64,000 bases of DNA from Gemmatimonadales bacterium (GTDB taxonomy: Bacteria > Gemmatimonadota > Gemmatimonadetes > Gemmatimonadales > Gemmatimonadaceae): contig JBBQYO010000001.1 in NCBI GenBank assembly GCA_038208605.1, positions 1,408 through 65,407 of the forward strand, in the 5' to 3' direction. Below the pieces are notes generated by a model. The model searched no databases. It was not told the origin of the DNA and saw only the letters and a list, made by a program, of their open reading frames with translations. Below, piece by piece: positions 1-7,831 of this stretch. The position numbers and the translations under genes were made by a program. Numbering within the stretch: the first letter of the stretch is position 1; each line of letters opens with the position of its first letter.

Positions 1-47
1 CGATGCTCGTCCGCAGCGAACTCCGCCGCCCGCAACACTGTTGACAT
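1..47 (-). CDS. 5' end of a probable HD-domain (Mesh1/SpoT-hydrolase-like) protein, running off the window
   Basis: AGGAGG RBS (cctcct 61-66 on +), then ATG at 47 giving MSTVLRAAEFAADEH. This resembles the 'AxxFAxxxH' start of HD/Mesh1 proteins. Only 15 codons are visible. Confidence 0.5.
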   Translation of the reverse strand, partial: MSTVLRAAEFAADEH

Positions 48-406
48 GCTGGAAATAGATCCTCCTGTGTGAGGTTCTTATCTCTCCCTTGAACCTATGA
101 CGTGAATCTGCCGGCCTGGTCTGACACTGCAATACCAATTGTCAGGCGCCCATTGTAAGGTTCGGGTGCAGGATCTACTCAACCATTTCAAGGAGGATTT
201 GCAGATAAACTCGACGTTCTAATACCCAACCCGTTCACACGGCCCTTCGAAGACATCGCTCCAACCGACTGGATCTTCGAACGAGGCCAGGGCTTCATGA
301 TTTCATCCGGAGACGACCACCAAGTCTGGCTCGACTTCGACTCCGGCAGCGCCGTTACGATGTTCAATGAGATACCTGATCCTCGAGCCTCTAGCCGGAG
401 GCCGCT

Positions 407-826
407 ATGAGCGAAGAACGCGGTCGCGTCCTCCACGATCTCGAGACCGCACGGTGTGCCGATACGGAGAGTCGCGGAAGGGGCCGCATGACTCTACGAT
501 TCAAGTCGTCTCGCATCGAGCGGTCAAAGATTCGGCTCGGCCCTGCAGCCATAGCCGGCTCCAGCCTTCATCAGCTCGGGATCCGAGAATTTGATCCCGC
601 GTTCGGCGGACGATGGAATGCTGGCTCTAACACGCCGAATCTCGGCACGTCCATACATCCCGAGGCCTACAAAGCAGAACTTCTCAAGCGTCTTAAACGT
701 CTCGGCACACACTTCACGTTGTGCAAATCGACGCTTGCGGTGTTGAAGGATGACTGGCGGAAGGCGACGATGACGGTGCAGTCGTCGCCGTTTAGAGATT
801 CCGGGATCCGCTCTCATATATTCTAA
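407..826 (+). CDS. hypothetical protein (possibly a degenerate remnant)
   Basis: 139-aa ORF with GGAGG upstream; no family recognised. Confidence 0.3.
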   Translation: MSEERGRVLHDLETARCADTESRGRGRMTLRFKSSRIERSKIRLGPAAIAGSSLHQLGIREFDPAFGGRWNAGSNTPNLGTSIHPEAYKAELLKRLKRLGTHFTLCKSTLAVLKDDWRKATMTVQSSPFRDSGIRSHIF

Positions 827-837
827 TTCTTAATATC

Positions 838-872
838 TTGACGTTATGACGTCACAACGCTTACGTTCCATC
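838..872 (+). promoter_or_regulatory. putative sigma70 promoter/operator of the RelBE-like TA pair
   Basis: TTGACG at 838 and TACGTT at 862, with a TGACGTCA palindrome (847-854) between them; ATG at 873. Confidence 0.45.
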
Positions 873-1103
873 ATGACCGGAACTAGACGCTCGACTATCT
901 ACCTCGAAGAGCCGCTTCACAAAGCCCTTCGCCTCAAAGCCGCCGAAACGGATTCGAGTATCTCCGATTTGGTCAACACTGCCGTTCGTTTGTCGCTATC
1001 CGAGGATGCTGATGATCTAAAGGCGTTCCGCGATCGCGCAAAGGAACCGAGAATGGAGTTTGAAGATCTCGTACGCGATATGAAGCGCCGTGGCAAGCTA
1101 TAG
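873..1103 (+). CDS. ribbon-helix-helix (CopG-like) antitoxin
   Basis: RSTIYLEEPLHKALRLKAAETDSSISDLVN RHH pattern, acidic C-terminal half, overlaps the downstream toxin. Confidence 0.85.
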   Translation: MTGTRRSTIYLEEPLHKALRLKAAETDSSISDLVNTAVRLSLSEDADDLKAFRDRAKEPRMEFEDLVRDMKRRGKL

Positions 1104-1347
1104 CCTGCTCATTACTAAGAGCGCGGCGAAAGAACTGGAGGCGGTCCCGCGAAAGGACCGCCTTCGCATTGTTGACAAGATTCAGCGCCTTGCCCTAGAC
1201 CCTCGGCCATTTGGTGCCGAAAAATTGAGTGGCGAGGACAAGTACCGTCTCCGCCAGGGTGACTTTCGAATTCTGTATGAGATTCGAAATCGTGAGTTCG
1301 TGGTTACAGTCACTCGCATCGGCAATAGACGTGACGTGTATCGGTAG
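1090..1347 (+). CDS. relE: type II TA RelE/ParE family toxin
   Basis: 85 aa; AAKEL...RIVDKI..LA.DPRP.G.EKL.G...YRLRQGDFRILY......IGNRRDVYR. Confidence 0.9.
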   Translation: MASYSLLITKSAAKELEAVPRKDRLRIVDKIQRLALDPRPFGAEKLSGEDKYRLRQGDFRILYEIRNREFVVTVTRIGNRRDVYR

Positions 1348-1388
1348 ATCGATTGCGCATTTCCGCTGAGGCGCCTCCTAGAGAGATG

Positions 1389-2285
1389 CTAGCTAAGTGC
1401 ATCCAGCAGCGTCAGGCGATGCAATGCAACCAGATCGTCCCTGCTGAGTGAGGGGGAGACGTATCCACCGGCCAGCACAAATGCGATCGGAATGCCCCGC
1501 TTCCGACACCACTCGAAGACGAATCGCTCCCGCTCGGCAAGCATGTCGTTGTCGATTCCCTGCAACCCGCCAATCGAGCAATTCTCGTGTGGATCCATCC
1601 CTGCGTTATAAATGCAGAGACTGAATGTCAGTCCATTCTCATCGAATGCGCCAAACCTTCGCTTGATCGTCGCCAGGTAGTCCGTCGATGACCGGACAAC
1701 ATTGATAGTCATCCGCGGGGTTGGATCGTAGCCGTCGTAATCCGCGACTGACACATCGAGCTGCCAGATTCGTTCGTCATCGCTCAGCAGCGAGTGAGTT
1801 CCACCGCCGCAATGTGCGTCGAGATCAGCGATCAGGACCGTTTCCGCCCCCGCTGATATCATCTCCTTCGCAGCGATCGCCAGCCCGTTGAAGGTGCAGT
1901 TCCCTTCTCCGCGGTCTCTTTTCGCGTGATGCAATCCGCTCGACAATGAGCCGGCGACGCCGCTTTTCATCGCCGCGCGAGCCGCAGCAACAACACCACC
2001 ATTCGACGCGAGTACCATTTCCCACAAACCCGAGTCCCACCTGAATCCCTGCGACTCCGCGACGGACCGCGGCTCACCTATTTGAACCGCCCTGACGTAC
2101 TCCTCATCGTGAACACGCGCGACGTCAGCGAACACAAGCGAATCAGGCACAGCCAACTCGATACCTACGATCGGATCGCTCGCCAGAGACTCCGCAATCC
2201 ACCCGGACTTCCGAGTGGTGGAATACTCGTGCGTCGCCCGGATGTATGACGGTGAGTAGAACACCGACACCGGGGATGACTCCAT
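1389..2285 (-). CDS. histone deacetylase (Zn-dependent HDAC/AcuC) family protein
   Basis: RVHDEEYV, GLHHA, CTFNG, DLDAHCGGGT, YNAGMDPH and AGGY motifs; AAGGAG RBS. Confidence 0.88.
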   Translation of the reverse strand: MESSPVSVFYSPSYIRATHEYSTTRKSGWIAESLASDPIVGIELAVPDSLVFADVARVHDEEYVRAVQIGEPRSVAESQGFRWDSGLWEMVLASNGGVVAAARAAMKSGVAGSLSSGLHHAKRDRGEGNCTFNGLAIAAKEMISAGAETVLIADLDAHCGGGTHSLLSDDERIWQLDVSVADYDGYDPTPRMTINVVRSSTDYLATIKRRFGAFDENGLTFSLCIYNAGMDPHENCSIGGLQGIDNDMLAERERFVFEWCRKRGIPIAFVLAGGYVSPSLSRDDLVALHRLTLLDALS

Positions 2286-2299
2286 TGTGTCTCCTTGGT

Positions 2300-2327
2300 T
2301 CCTGGCTCCTGGCTCCTGGCTCCTGGC
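2300..2327. repeat. heptamer tandem repeat (TCCTGGC)x4 with degenerate flanks
   Basis: Read directly between the vWA stop and the HDAC RBS. Confidence 0.9.
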
Positions 2328-2351
2328 TCCCGAGCTTCGAGCCCCGTGAAC

Positions 2352-3614
2352 CTAGCTCCGCGACCGCCTCGCCCTTCCATCCTGCGCGCGTCCTTTCATT
2401 CCCATCTCCGCGACGTAGTAAGCACGCTTCATTGCCATCGGCTCCATTACGGCTTCATCGTACTGCGGCCGCTCGGCAGCAAGCTCTCTCCAGCAATCGT
2501 TGAGCATCTGATCATCTCCAGCATAGCTGCGAATCCTCGCAACCGTTCGATCGATCACGTTCTTCGCGGCCGCAAAATCTCCACGGCGATTCGCCTCCGT
2601 CGCTTCGGCTCGCGCGCGCGCGGCGTAAATCGCCGCAACCGCACGATCCACTTCAATATCCCGCGGTTGCCTGTCGTTCTCGGCATGCCCGGCATACGTC
2701 CATTCAATTGCTTCCGGTCGAATGGAGCCCGGCATTCCACCTGTCAGGTGCGCACGTGTCGCAGCGTGTGATCCGGCCTCCCCTCGCGGAAAGTTGATCC
2801 TCACCAGTACATCGACGTCCTGCGACGATACCACGTCGCCGAGCTCCACGTGCAGCATGTTCCCGCCAGTAGATGAACGGAATCCGCTCAACACTTCCGC
2901 ATCACCGTTCCGCGGAATCTCAACCTCGATCACGGCGTTCGGCATCACCACCTCGAGTGCTTCGCCAAGCTCGCTCGTGATGAGATCCGGAATCTGCAGG
3001 GCATTCTCGAGGAAATAGAAGTTGCCGCCGCCCTCGTGCGCCATGTTGCGGAGCAGGCGCTCGTCGAAATCGGCGCCGACGCCAAATGTCGAAGTTGAAA
3101 CTCCCCGAAGTCGCAGCTCCGATGCATGGCGCGCGAGCTCTCCCGGATTCGTGATTCCGTGATTCGCCAGCCCGTCCGTCAGCAGCAGCACTCGGCTCAC
3201 CCTCTCCCTGTCAACGAATTCAGCCACTTCGTTGCAGCCGTGCATCCAGCCAGAGCAAAGATCAGTGTTGCCGCGAGGCGCGATCGCGCTCAGCACGTTG
3301 AGCGCGGCACGAATTGCGTTTTGTGTTGCGAGCGAGGATGCCGCCAGCACATCGACGTGATTGTCGTACACGACAAGGGAGAATCGATCCTCCGGCCTCA
3401 GCATTCGAAGCGACTGCTCTACCGCCTGTCTCGCAAGGTTGAACTTGTTCTCGCCCGACATCGACCCCGATCGGTCGAGAACGAACGAGACGTTGACAGG
3501 AGTTCTCGCTTCGCGGCGCGGCGCTGCCGGCGCTGTGAATTTCAACAGTACATACCGGTTGCTGCGCGCATCGGCCCTGATGAGAGCTCTGTCTGTTCTG
3601 ATGGAAAGTCTCAC
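2352..3614 (-). CDS. von Willebrand factor A (vWA) domain protein
   Basis: MIDAS motif VLDRSGSM, GNTDL, LLTDGLAN, FGVGADFDE and GGNFYF; helical C-terminal region. Confidence 0.92.
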   Translation of the reverse strand: MRLSIRTDRALIRADARSNRYVLLKFTAPAAPRREARTPVNVSFVLDRSGSMSGENKFNLARQAVEQSLRMLRPEDRFSLVVYDNHVDVLAASSLATQNAIRAALNVLSAIAPRGNTDLCSGWMHGCNEVAEFVDRERVSRVLLLTDGLANHGITNPGELARHASELRLRGVSTSTFGVGADFDERLLRNMAHEGGGNFYFLENALQIPDLITSELGEALEVVMPNAVIEVEIPRNGDAEVLSGFRSSTGGNMLHVELGDVVSSQDVDVLVRINFPRGEAGSHAATRAHLTGGMPGSIRPEAIEWTYAGHAENDRQPRDIEVDRAVAAIYAARARAEATEANRRGDFAAAKNVIDRTVARIRSYAGDDQMLNDCWRELAAERPQYDEAVMEPMAMKRAYYVAEMGMKGRAQDGRARRSRS

Positions 3615-4165
3615 GGCAACTCCTCCTTGAAAATCTCACGTGCGGATTCGAGCAGTCGCTCGATCCTGCGGTTTTCTTCCCTGGATACCGGCCTCCTGAC
3701 GTGAATCTCGACGTCAGTAGATAGAGCGAACCGCTCCCATTGAGAGCGTTGTTGTATTGCGTGACTTGACTGTTGAGTGTCCCGTATGATCGCAGGGGGG
3801 ACTGACATTGCCGGCTCACGCAGCTTTGCGCTCCCGACACCTTCGCTCAGAACCTTTCGCACGTAGTCGCTGGCCGAGTCGGGGTAGCGATCCGGGCGGG
3901 TGCGAAGTAGTTGGCTGATCTGCTCCGGTTGGAGGGCGTCGATGCGTTTCCTGATTTCGGAAAGCGGGAGATGCTCGCTTTGTAGTCTCCGAATCAACCG
4001 AAGCCGGTTTACGTGGTCGAGCCCGTAATGCGCACCGGGTCCGCGTGTCTCTGGAGCGGGCAACAGGCCTTGCTGGATATAGTAGCGGATGGTTCGCGGG
4101 CTGACCTTTGCCTGTTCACTCAGCTCGAGGATGCCAATCGGATCGGAGTCGGAAGAGTCGGCCAT
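3611..4165 (-). CDS. MerR-family HTH regulator with a C-terminal W-x-R beta domain
   Basis: ELSEQAKVSPRTIRYYIQQGLLPAP...HY...H..RL.LIR.LQ...LPLSEI; C-terminal QWERFALSTDVEIHVR; 4-bp overlap with the vWA gene. Confidence 0.88.
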   Translation of the reverse strand: MADSSDSDPIGILELSEQAKVSPRTIRYYIQQGLLPAPETRGPGAHYGLDHVNRLRLIRRLQSEHLPLSEIRKRIDALQPEQISQLLRTRPDRYPDSASDYVRKVLSEGVGSAKLREPAMSVPPAIIRDTQQSSHAIQQRSQWERFALSTDVEIHVRRPVSREENRRIERLLESAREIFKEELP

Positions 4166-4200
4166 CGCGGGATTATAGCAGCTGACATGTCAACTGTCAA
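4166..4200 (-). promoter_or_regulatory. perfect-consensus sigma70 promoter, probably leaderless, with an embedded operator
   Basis: On the minus strand: TTGACA(4200-4195)-17 nt-TATAAT(4177-4172)-6 nt-ATG(4165). A second TTGACA (4193-4188) and a TGACATGTCA palindrome (4183-4192) lie in the spacer. Confidence 0.8.
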
Positions 4201-4315
4201 CTTCTGCAGTCCGGCAGTTAGACGCAGTTGGGATGAGGAATCTGCGATCCGCGAATTCCTTCGCATTCCGTCCACGTGCCGAGTGGCACCATAGCCATTG
4301 CGCCGCCCTATTTAG

Positions 4316-4333
4316 TGTTACTTTTATGTAACA
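4316..4333. promoter_or_regulatory. inverted repeat, likely the antitoxin operator
   Basis: TGTTAC-N6-GTAACA in an AT-rich stretch upstream of the AbrB gene. Confidence 0.55.
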
Positions 4334-4357
4334 ACACTTGGTTAGAGGAGACAGCGA

Positions 4358-4588
4358 GTGGTATTGACCAGCAATGCACGCATTCAAGGCGGGTCGATGG
4401 TGACCTCCATACCAAACGAGGTCGCCCGTCGTCTCGGCGCGACCGCAGGCAGCGCCCTGTACTGGGTGGAAAATGGAGCCGGCCGATTCGTCGTGACGAC
4501 CATCGACCCCGAAGCTCTGGAAGCGCTCAACCATCACGAAGAAGTGGTCGCTCAGTACCGCGAGGTGTTTCAGGCACTCGCTGAGTGA
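4358..4588 (+). CDS. AbrB/MazE/SpoVT family antitoxin
   Basis: RIQGGSMVTSIPNEVARRLG...G; C-terminal 'VVAQYREVFQALAE' typical of Doc-associated antidotes; GTGA overlap with the toxin. Confidence 0.82.
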   Translation: MVLTSNARIQGGSMVTSIPNEVARRLGATAGSALYWVENGAGRFVVTTIDPEALEALNHHEEVVAQYREVFQALAE

Positions 4589-4974
4589 ACGAGCCTCGGT
4601 GGATCACCGCCGAACTGCTCCATCTTATGCACGTTCGACAAGTGGAGCTTTTTGGTGGAAGGCACGGGGTGCTCGATGAGAACGCAGTAGAGTCAGCACT
4701 TCACAAACCGCAGAATCTCAATGCGTACGAACCAGATTCAGATCTCCCTGCACTCGCCTCAGCGTATCTGTGCGGCTTCGTTCAAAAGCAGGGGTTCGTT
4801 GACGGGGACAAGCGCACGGGCCTCGCCGTAACTCTCATTTTTCTGCGACTGAACCACTACGAGCTGAACGTTCAGCAGGCAGAGCTGTTGGCGTTCGTTC
4901 TCGCAATCGCGCGCAACGAGATGAATCAGGAAGCGGCGACAAAATGGCTACGCCAGCGAATTACTTCGAGATGA
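4585..4974 (+). CDS. doc: death-on-curing (Doc/Fic) family toxin with a variant active site
   Basis: H...V..FGG.HGVLD...VESAL.KPQN; Fic motif reads QGFVDGDKRTG; FL.LN. Confidence 0.85.
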   Translation: MNEPRWITAELLHLMHVRQVELFGGRHGVLDENAVESALHKPQNLNAYEPDSDLPALASAYLCGFVQKQGFVDGDKRTGLAVTLIFLRLNHYELNVQQAELLAFVLAIARNEMNQEAATKWLRQRITSR

Positions 4975-5060
4975 AGTTTGGCATTAGCGTTTCGCACCGA
5001 GTTTGAGACTTCTTACCCGTTACTTCGCGACCTTGCTCATCCACATATCGCGCCGGTCAC

Positions 5061-5126
5061 CGGTCTCTCGGTGAGCAGCTTTGCGATCATGGCCTGAGCA
5101 GTCGCACCGGTTACCGGCGGTTCACT
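5061..5126 (-). pseudogene. fragment of a Hanks-type Ser/Thr kinase
   Basis: Translates SEPPVTGATAQAMIAKLLTERP, matching the GEPPFTG.TAQA.IAK..TE.P segment after kinase subdomain IX. Confidence 0.6.
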
Positions 5127-5203
5127 GTGTGATCGGGTGAAAGTTTACAGTTCCGCCGGTTCCCGCGGCTTTATCGGACCGTTCCTGAAATCCCTGCCAC
5201 TTC

Positions 5204-5355
5204 GCGTCGCTCATGCGTGCATACACGTTCCAGTTATGAATGGCCACGATCTAAATGCGGCTGAGATCGACGTCGTCAGGACGATTGAGTGCCTGGCGGC
5301 GGGCTCGCTCAGCGAAGGAAAACTTGCCGATTGGTTTCATGTGCACCTAGCTTAA
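5204..5355 (+). pseudogene. degenerate C-terminal half of a second Doc toxin
   Basis: RVA..(AYTF in a shifted frame)..MNGHDLNAAEIDVVRTIECLAAGSLSEGKLADWF parallels the Doc C-terminus. Confidence 0.6.
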
Positions 5356-5375
5356 TTCTTCCTTTCACCGGCCGC

Positions 5376-7820
5376 ATGGACCTCGACGCGCAGTTGCGGG
5401 AATCGCTCGGCCGGGACTACACGATCGAGCGCGAGCTCGGACCGGGCGGAATGGCCCGCGTCTTTGTCGCGAGTGAAGTCGCGCTCGGACGGCGAGTAGT
5501 CATCAAGGTGCTGCCCCCAGAGATGGCGAGCGTCGTACTCTCCGAGCGCTTCAGGCGAGAGATCTCGCTGGCCGCGCAGCTGCGACATCCTCACATCATC
5601 CCCGTTCTCACGGCTGGCGGCACGAATGAGCTTCTCTATTACACAATGCCTTTCGTCGAGGGAGAAACGCTTCGCGCTCGCCTCGATCGCAACGATGCCA
5701 TCCCGCTTCGCGGAGGCATCCGGATGGTGCGCGAGATTGCGGATGCTCTCGCGTACGCGCATAGCCATGGCGTTGTCCACCGCGACATAAAGCCCGATAA
5801 CATCCTGATTGAAAACGGACACGCAGTTGTAGCGGACTTCGGCGTCGCCAAAGCGCTCGCGAGCGCGACAGGAACCGAACCAGCGTCGGGGCCAGTCACT
5901 GCAGCGGGAGTCGTCATGGGAACCGCAGCTTACATGTCGCCTGAACAGGCGGCGGCTGACCCGGCAACGGACCATCGAGCTGACATTTATGCCCTCGGTG
6001 TAGTCGCGTACGAGATTTTTTCTGGAGCGTTGCCATTCAAGGGAAGCTCCTACCAGATGATCGTGGCACACATGGTCGAGCAGCCTCAACCCCTGCAAGT
6101 GCGCTGTCCACAACTCCCTCCGGCGCTTGCCGAGCTCGTCATGCAGTTGCTCGCGAAGAATCCGGATGACCGTCCCCAAAGTGCAGCTGACGTTGCTGCC
6201 CGCCTCGACGGCGTTTTCGCCTCGCTCGAAGGAGTGCCAGCCACTACTGGTTCCCAGCAGATACTGAACAGCGGATTGGCTCCTGGTGTTCCGCGGAGCC
6301 AGGCGATGCCACGCCTGCGGCGGGCAGCAGTGGCCGCGGGAGCTCTGGTCGTGCTCGCCCTTGGCTATGCGGGTTACAAGTTGTCCCACACCGTCAAAGG
6401 AACATCATCCGCGTCGGAGCCCGCTGGCGCTGCAGCAGCATTGCAAGCGAATTCTATAGCCGTTCTTCCGTTCGTGAACACGAGTGGCGATGAAGAGAAC
6501 AAGCATTTTTCTGATGGACTCACCGACGAGCTGATTAGTGCATTGGGTCAGGTTCGCGGCTTGAAGGTCGCCGCCCGCACATCCGTCTTTGCGCTCAGCG
6601 GTAAAGGCCTCGGTGCCCGCGCCATCGCCGATACGCTCGGCGTCGCGAAGGTCATCGATGGAAGCGCACGCCGCGCCGGCAAGCGGTTGAAAGTGACGGC
6701 TGAGCTAGTCAACGCCGCCGATAATACGGTTCTGTGGTCGCAGACGTTCGATCGCGAAATGGTGGACGTTTTCGCCGTGCAGGAGGAAATCGCTCGAGCC
6801 ATCGTTGGCGCATTGAACGTGCGCCTCACAGAAGATGAGGGAGCGCGTCTGGGCAACCGTCCGACGACTGACCTCGAAGCGTATGACCTGTACCTGAAAG
6901 GCCGCTTCAGCTGGACCAAGCGCACCAGGGAGGGAATGGAAGCGGCACTGACTTACTTCCAGAGTGCTGTCGAGCGCGATCCGAAATTTGCGCTGTCCTA
7001 CGCAGGAATCTCCGATGTGTACGTCGCAATGTCGAATTTCAATTACATACCAACCTCTCAGGCACTCGCGAGCGCGCAGATCGCGGCTGACCGTGCATTG
7101 GAAATCGATAGTTCGCTCACCGAGGCCCGCGCGTCGAAAGGCTATGTACTGGCGTCGCGGGGCGACTACCAGGAATCCGAGAATGAGTTCCGGCGGGCAA
7201 TCCAGCTCAACCCCAGTTATCCGTCAGCTCATCATTTCTACACTCTTCTGTTGATGATCGAAGGCAGGCTGGATGACGCGACAACACAGAATCGCCTCAC
7301 GGTCTCGCTCGACCCTCTCTCTGTTTCTGGTAATGCTACGCGTGGAATCATACTCTGTGAGCGAGGCAGCTACGCTGATGCGCGGCGCGAGTTGGGGAAA
7401 GCTCTTCCACTCGGTTCCGGGAATATTCTTGCGCCGTTCTATCTTGGTACGCTCGAAGCGGCGAGCGGACACTACGCGGAGGCACTTTCTTATCTCGACA
7501 GGGCTGTCGTAATAGCGCCGGGGTTTCACGGCTTGAAAGCAGCACTTGCATATACATATTCACACGTCGGTCGCCGAGCAGAGTCGGATGATATCCTGAA
7601 AAAGTTGCGGGATGCTGCAAGTGACGATCGGGGGCGGGTTGACCTTGCGCTTACCGAAGCAGTAATGGGAGACATGAATCGCGCCTACACGATTCTCGCG
7701 AAGCCAGCGAAGTGGGATATGCCTACGCTTATCGAGCTCCGCACTGACCCGCTCCTCGCCGGCTTTCGCGCCGACCGGCGGTATCCGAAACTTCTCGCGA
7801 CTATCGGGCTGCCAAACTAG
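5376..7820 (+). CDS. Ser/Thr protein kinase with a TM segment, TolB-like domain and TPR repeats
   Basis: GPGGMARV, VVIK, HRDIKPDN, DFG, GTAAYMSPEQ; SIAVLPFVN..FSDGLTDELI; TPRs. Confidence 0.95.
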   Translation: MDLDAQLRESLGRDYTIERELGPGGMARVFVASEVALGRRVVIKVLPPEMASVVLSERFRREISLAAQLRHPHIIPVLTAGGTNELLYYTMPFVEGETLRARLDRNDAIPLRGGIRMVREIADALAYAHSHGVVHRDIKPDNILIENGHAVVADFGVAKALASATGTEPASGPVTAAGVVMGTAAYMSPEQAAADPATDHRADIYALGVVAYEIFSGALPFKGSSYQMIVAHMVEQPQPLQVRCPQLPPALAELVMQLLAKNPDDRPQSAADVAARLDGVFASLEGVPATTGSQQILNSGLAPGVPRSQAMPRLRRAAVAAGALVVLALGYAGYKLSHTVKGTSSASEPAGAAAALQANSIAVLPFVNTSGDEENKHFSDGLTDELISALGQVRGLKVAARTSVFALSGKGLGARAIADTLGVAKVIDGSARRAGKRLKVTAELVNAADNTVLWSQTFDREMVDVFAVQEEIARAIVGALNVRLTEDEGARLGNRPTTDLEAYDLYLKGRFSWTKRTREGMEAALTYFQSAVERDPKFALSYAGISDVYVAMSNFNYIPTSQALASAQIAADRALEIDSSLTEARASKGYVLASRGDYQESENEFRRAIQLNPSYPSAHHFYTLLLMIEGRLDDATTQNRLTVSLDPLSVSGNATRGIILCERGSYADARRELGKALPLGSGNILAPFYLGTLEAASGHYAEALSYLDRAVVIAPGFHGLKAALAYTYSHVGRRAESDDILKKLRDAASDDRGRVDLALTEAVMGDMNRAYTILAKPAKWDMPTLIELRTDPLLAGFRADRRYPKLLATIGLPN

Positions 7821-7831
7821 ACGGCCACGGA

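Noticed and set aside
5376-7820. Kinase + PP2C (21268) + vWA as a TerY-P triad
   Set aside because: The genes are far apart and not co-transcribed, and the kinase is a common membrane TPR type.
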